Assembly: GCA_029261035.1 (NCBI GenBank) | Contig: JAJDCD010000004.1 | Location: forward strand, 4,765 to 68,764 | Direction: 5' to 3' | Length of the DNA stretch: 64,000 nt | DNA from: Candidatus Omnitrophota bacterium | Lineage (GTDB): Bacteria > Omnitrophota > Omnitrophia > Omnitrophales > JACROU01 | Shown: positions 62,101 through 64,000 of the stretch, piece by piece | Layout: each line of letters opens with the position of its first letter | Position numbering within the stretch: the first letter of the stretch is position 1 | Translations under genes and position numbers: made by a program | The notes under the pieces: model-generated | Seen by the model: only the letters and a program-made list of their open reading frames with translations | Told to the model about the DNA's origin: nothing | Database searches by the model: none

Positions 62101-64000
62101 ACACGTCCGTCAGATAAATAGCGAAGCGTATAATCAGAAAAATTTGTTTCTCCCTGAGAAATCAACTCTATCTCTGGAGGTGTGGTATCTAACGTAATCC
62201 AAAATTCAGCAGAGGTCATTTGACCCAATTCATCCTGTACATAAAACTGAACTCGATTATCCCCTTCTTGAAGTGTGTATGTTTCTTCAAATAAATGGCC
62301 ATTCACTTCATAACGCAAGGTATAACTCTCTTCATTGGTCAATGAAGAAGAAAGTAAATCAGCAACTGGAGGCTCCGGAGGGTTTCTAAATATAATCGCG
62401 TTATTTAACAAAGGTAAAATATCATCTCCTTCATGTCCTGACTGAACAATCACCTCTGTTTGAGAAACATACCCCTCTGGATAAGGCACATATGCTGAAG
62501 ATACAGTTAAACCTGTTTCATCCTGTAACTCTCCTGATAAATTAACTTGATAATTAATAATCTCTGGGCCTGGAATGCCACCGTTATAACCATTAACACG
62601 AATATCCAACATACCACCCACGTGGCGCATACTTCCATCGGGATAAATCCAACCTATTTGTTCATAGCTCTCTCCGCTATCTCCTTCATTTCTAAAGCCA
62701 GCAATCCAATTAGATCCATTACCAAAGGTACTTAAATCGGTGTCAAATACGAACCAATAATTCTGATTCGCTTCTATCGTGATTTCTTCTTCAAAGCTAA
62801 GTTCTGCCCAACCAGCATTAGCATGACCACTTGAAGTTCTTAAAGTAAGCTCCGAGACATCCCTCTCTTCGGAATGAGCAATCAACTCTCCTAGTTGTCC
62901 ATTTTGATTTGTATATATTTTTGCCCTCATTACTCCTTGAGGTTCACGCGTCCTTCTCATCCAAAACTCCAATGAAGACACAGCCATATCCGTACCGAAC
63001 TGAACACTTTGCGCCATCCCTGTATAGTTTTGGTTACTACCAATTTCAAAAGCTTGAGACCCCTCTGAGTAACGTTCGTAAAGAACTTCTTTAGGGGGCA
63101 AAGGAATCTCATCCCCTACCTGCACTGTCAATTGATTTACTTGGTTAGAATCATTGAAAATCCTCGAGAAAAATAAAGGCAAATCGGAAGCTCTTAAATC
63201 TTTAGTGATAAAACCATTGGTGTACTCCCGAATTCTTCCACTTGGAGAGTAAATTCCTGTTACTTCGCCTTCATTAACTTCAATGCGTTCACCATTGTTT
63301 AATAGGACTGATCCAGAAATAAGTACTCCTGAATCAGACAATTGAATATTTTCAAAAATAATTCCTTGGCTTTCCGCCCCCACAATTATTCCATTTCTAT
63401 ACTTTAAAATAGTTCCATCTTCTAGCATAGGTTGAAAATCAATCACAAACTCAGATTCTGTATTACCCCACTCGTTTTCAAAGTTTCTTAGAATTGTATT
63501 GCGACCTGCTCTTAAATATACATTCTCACGCTGAATCTCACCATCCACCAAATAAGCAATCTCATATTCACTATTATTAGAAATTTCTGCTGAAACTAAA
63601 TTAACTTTTGGAGGAAATGTGTCTGAAAAAACACTCCATTCCATTTGAACGACTCGCCCCATAGAATCTGTATAGCGAATAGGGACACTGTTATCGCCTA
63701 CTTCTAACAGCATGCTTTGCTGAAACAATTGACCCTCCACTTCATATGTCAGTTGATAATCTCGATAATCCACATTAGCTGCCGAAGTTAACTGAAATGA
63801 AACATTATTTAGTTCTTTATACAGCTCAACTAAATTTTCTAGAGAATGTGTCAACGTTTTCTTCTTGGTAAAACCAACTTTTTCTGGAATCGTGGGCAAT
63901 GTACTATTGACTCCATTTTCATCTAAAACAAAGCCTGCAGAATCCACATCGTATTTATCTCTTTCAGGCCCTGGCACACCCCCCTCATATCCATTAATCC
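53199..64000 (-). CDS. Giant (>3590 aa, 5'-truncated) repeat protein / putative polymorphic toxin
   Basis: Frame is open to the window edge (..INGYEGGVPGPE, matching internal RVNGYNGGIPGPE); Ig-like DxTPP repeats, YD-like hairpin repeats, six DxNGDGxxDR..NNGxGF repeats, coiled coil, DUF4214-like LGRDPS..E..YW, C39-like domain, GA leader, Gly/Ala-rich hydrophobic region, unique C-terminus. Confidence 0.8.
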   Translation of the reverse strand, partial: INGYEGGVPGPERDKYDVDSAGFVLDENGVNSTLPTIPEKVGFTKKKTLTHSLENLVELYKELNNVSFQLTSAANVDYRDYQLTYEVEGQLFQQSMLLEVGDNSVPIRYTDSMGRVVQMEWSVFSDTFPPKVNLVSAEISNNSEYEIAYLVDGEIQRENVYLRAGRNTILRNFENEWGNTESEFVIDFQPMLEDGTILKYRNGIIVGAESQGIIFENIQLSDSGVLISGSVLLNNGERIEVNEGEVTGIYSPSGRIREYTNGFITKDLRASDLPLFFSRIFNDSNQVNQLTVQVGDEIPLPPKEVLYERYSEGSQAFEIGSNQNYTGMAQSVQFGTDMAVSSLEFWMRRTREPQGVMRAKIYTNQNGQLGELIAHSEERDVSELTLRTSSGHANAGWAELSFEEEITIEANQNYWFVFDTDLSTFGNGSNWIAGFRNEGDSGESYEQIGWIYPDGSMRHVGGMLDIRVNGYNGGIPGPEIINYQVNLSGELQDETGLTVSSAYVPYPEGYVSQTEVIVQSGHEGDDILPLLNNAIIFRNPPEPPVADLLSSSLTNEESYTLRYEVNGHLFEETYTLQEGDNRVQFYVQDELGQMTSAEFWITLDTTPPEIELISQGETNFSDYTLRYLSDGRVIEETLQLSSGENQIVRESRDAAGNVSIKTFLISYHPFFQEQLSVYDAENHLLSIQDPMTGVEIFYSPSEPYDIQIKNSDGSVNEVLSFEILKKNLSESLVVTLENGLEALYQSGDLIGFRTEDGMELQDVVLDGEGNVETANIFYANGRVDFIRYGVILRTLDPQGNIRDFSLSQKPVRDIQNSEVSHYFYILNGDESLKEVKVEQPDGSILLYDDAGVLERIDNSNGAYSELSSGILTHLQTEEGKQFVYTQEQVVEDGEIFIKSELNLQQSDAPLDKTPVETFYHLSGQLAKVKLWDGSEVQFSEGLPNDIVDSNGNRTTLSYLENQGLLSGLILNQNGTQFKYNEKGSLSAIESFSGTLEIDGDEVSRVFLPDGTVIENLIQDSSTFEITDGVITSPDGTIRTFEGGVLTKIETVSGEVYETQSENQGFVSYLKELNFQDGTQALFNQGVLSQIQNQDLSLFTELQVGSDGRLGFAKETLQDGEEKFYEEGVLKYRVLDDGTRIDYEEGLAFQLITPENQIFEFKYQRNTQNEIIAFRLENENKVMSYGIAEDNQMVLQSVRNHNLVAFIENGVIQSVKSHFGRIENPVFDSSGNLVSGELIRIDGAQVSIENGVIQQTVLSNGDRIVYGEDRIDSIETEFGLIQLIYSEHGIEVEYDESGEIHRASMALFLLNPDRERERQIILSEPLINDLSQKRQTQVQFDTQSAIQLDLTVQDEERGEVYRFNSNYRPVWNNVVETDRQDGFIRRMESLTAWDSLPAIHSDFMDINGDGLPDRIFFDPEQPDRYDVQLNNGQGFDDLIQWGNVQTDLTGFFSQYGDRLAFGALSSFEGRHPHRLSEFMDINGDGLPDRVMMGYYGQEDWVVQFNNGQGFEDPQLWEGAFPLARIWSFQAFYASEVRNDEQNKEVQELMADMVDMNGDGLADRVLIAPREPYDYWLVQFNNGSGFDFPVVWDNVVNEFYYQEHDLDGSLSVTTEQKAALLSTLQDMNGDGRTDRVFNQWNDVSDPTLGMEWYVQINNGEGFDDSILWDDDVRLLDGVAEIDVASSIRYVENNRQVWVESMDINGDGLIDRITVDQTVSSENSPTFWWVELNNGSGFNEAVQWQGVENYGSETIGIRADNELWHSTLSTNNGIPLIQNELIDINGDSLVDRIIYQPGNEEWLVQFNNGNGFEPLRAMHMDSLIARSEGNGEDYEYLHVSLKQEDLMSSELETVIVTVGDAEFTLNNVGNEWKDFYLPLDSVTVSDTVTVNSLNSSNNEILVDNITWVNQRKVSASDWMTDLFITQNQIPSITQSVNLSLIPQSVNDRDELIVQKDLSLVHESEILKARTVLRYSDEGKATQVETADGRVAEISNGNITQIRHQDGSILELSYDESGNLSEGANFNHFNETPDALVEYAYGRIREVSRENKPSLNYSYEFDALGREITVIEDPETGIKERYLDSLLMSTVKPNGIETVYQYDEHGKLTSSSLQYKGSVKQVFQHERVEDREVVIQSNGIREEYSEEGALLFHTLPNGLRYQHEYVYPDKVIDTVSLNAEGFEEHQVEIVQDTSKEKIHRVKLIEKAINPNAPKASYEEGVLTQLILEDDSQIFWEEIEGNQKALIVYPDGIEIEYENGVPKQLRSTTGLTKDFNSKSAVDALDFHYQEAVNAYQLIQSKQLEYQLDPETSVLGEFTLEGEPITEWKADNTVSLYDDNGLLEEVVDGEGNTQIQYEYDSEGNPAKITMVQTRAALEREISLINTDIEIKRAEALAVVAEREFIVHETIEGSYEANLERLIRERDRLLGQRNEVSSIEIPKRAGKEVKSQIADVLGSIDSQVATVEQMIFDLAETRSQALRDLDQNVATAYDDIQLEVDTANLQVLQDKEQIEHEILLQELTPIILHQFRTQLGRDPSQDEINYWISQVPGSLTKSEVPGTLATILLNSTERADRTLEVNSIKDSVRTLIETYLNGTEGDKENILSDLNLTSEEALSLTEGEAESILEYLDNQDLHFGQSAFLALEALLEDSVIASNDNGAWQSPDRVTLARDLIVMDILKGILTPLEEGDLVISLFSMKRYAERVLSSSPSSEGEDRGEGVHALNLNYESLRAMYQEACSEQGPDCEMSVIAHIDGNHYIELTQVTEEGIVYRNPGHGPEDNLEIVTLTKDEFLTDWEGVVLSTRAPPSENQNNEIRELTEIEQTQIRGAFFGITAIVLAGLVFGAISALANFAFSLISTGSFKQAFNSTVNLISSIASLDLISAVGIFKDNFFNGLDKIASGIGKVIPFLGKIGHKVIRGAKKVADTLYDNVLNTKVFRTVFDSIKIVGGIVAAPFSAGASLALVGNGVNGILSRHTDLNPTAISLISSGASLFSGFGLGGFDLSGSLDFLQSGTAKNILGDIAITGLDALGASSELTSLLSIPIRVTISGGIQGIANPSAGLFSSIKDALFNTQTAAGLVSVGANIGLNRAGAPLEVGGLVSGLLGQLLVNNASIPNADQTDANQLGSSLFQRITNTAQTLASKVINGAQNAISFGVEVLQKGFDKTVEFFGGLFSRETQEVLHEANSFTGASGWQKIGSLTDQNGFVTTIYSNNSGDTINVESVLGSNNITITKNIKGKISTEIYENVKRTSTGLFSIGNVAFAEQISEGTTLNYSYQNNELSQIQVQGDQGYNFLTIEPLNSGVVGVGGGSEIKDGKIYLLDKTIGLEIESGNWSGTTVENITTILNALNHGVSTQILNSPGVIGVVEPVFNQMLPVIYNQLDESAYDSIVGRKKHDFWTPEEVMFNVLELENFDVSSPEMHPEIYTVEQYLDVSNVEMQNQIRDTVGEDNWSIINTPRNREEFVRVLEKYPNSKFYLYSGNTSGLLEHMIHKEGITNSRDRNSLMLGGDHRPFTDLNGQDIVMRSIEGIALDVQETGYLMNGLKEFSSQVSQVRIGTGPHFHNILDNALFFHIDDYPNNSVNNIIGHQIEVRFAGGDA
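55852..55888. repeat. CCCTCACC...CCTCTCCC...GGGAGAGG palindromic element inside the CDS
   Basis: ccctcacctctatcctctccctctgaagagggagagg, read in frame as SSPSSEGEDRGEG. Confidence 0.7.
56021..56057. repeat. GAGATTGCCACG...CTCGCAATGAC half element inside the CDS
   Basis: Matches the right half of the intergenic element at 19350-19389; read in frame as VIASNDNGAWQS. Confidence 0.8.
56329..56371. repeat. GGTGCC-W-GGCACC palindromic element inside the CDS
   Basis: aaggtgccaggcacct...gagccaggcact, read in frame as VPGSLTKSEVPGT. Confidence 0.7.

Noticed and set aside
63977-64000. GTG at 63977 as the start of the third giant gene
   Set aside because: The frame stays open to the window edge and continues an internal repeat; the real start is outside the window.

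Overview
Chromosomal segment of a low-GC bacterium, most likely Candidatus Omnitrophota or another PVC-related lineage. This is inferred from the GuaB3-type IMPDH, the groEL-groES-groEL order and the giant multi-enzyme genes. Almost all genes are on the minus strand. Housekeeping content: rpmA, rplU, frr-pyrH-tsf-rpsB, RNase P RNA, lptF/G, rpoD-dnaG, mtaB, rsmE, csp, HU, dnaE, guaA/guaB, a CIRCE-controlled groEL1-groES-groEL2 operon, coaX, birA, alr, tsaB/E and thiL. Three giant genes stand out. Two are adjacent paralogues (4711 aa and 2566 aa) that share a signal peptide, an N-terminal TIKI/TraB/ChaN-like domain and a conserved ~320-aa C-terminal domain. Between these ends lie variable cargo modules (PGI, PEP synthase, GAPDH, GlpX-like and unknown domains) separated by a recurring [AG]-[SNE]-S-L-G linker, which suggests a processed polyprotein or cassette system. 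The third gene (>3590 aa, 5'-truncated) looks like a polymorphic toxin, with YD/FG-GAP repeats, a C39-like domain directly followed by an internal double-glycine-type cleavage site, and a translationally coupled putative immunity gene. It carries three different palindromic DNA elements in frame. About six families of short palindromic (REP-like) elements occur in the window, most of them in intergenic spacers. All domain calls come from reading motifs by eye; no database search was run.
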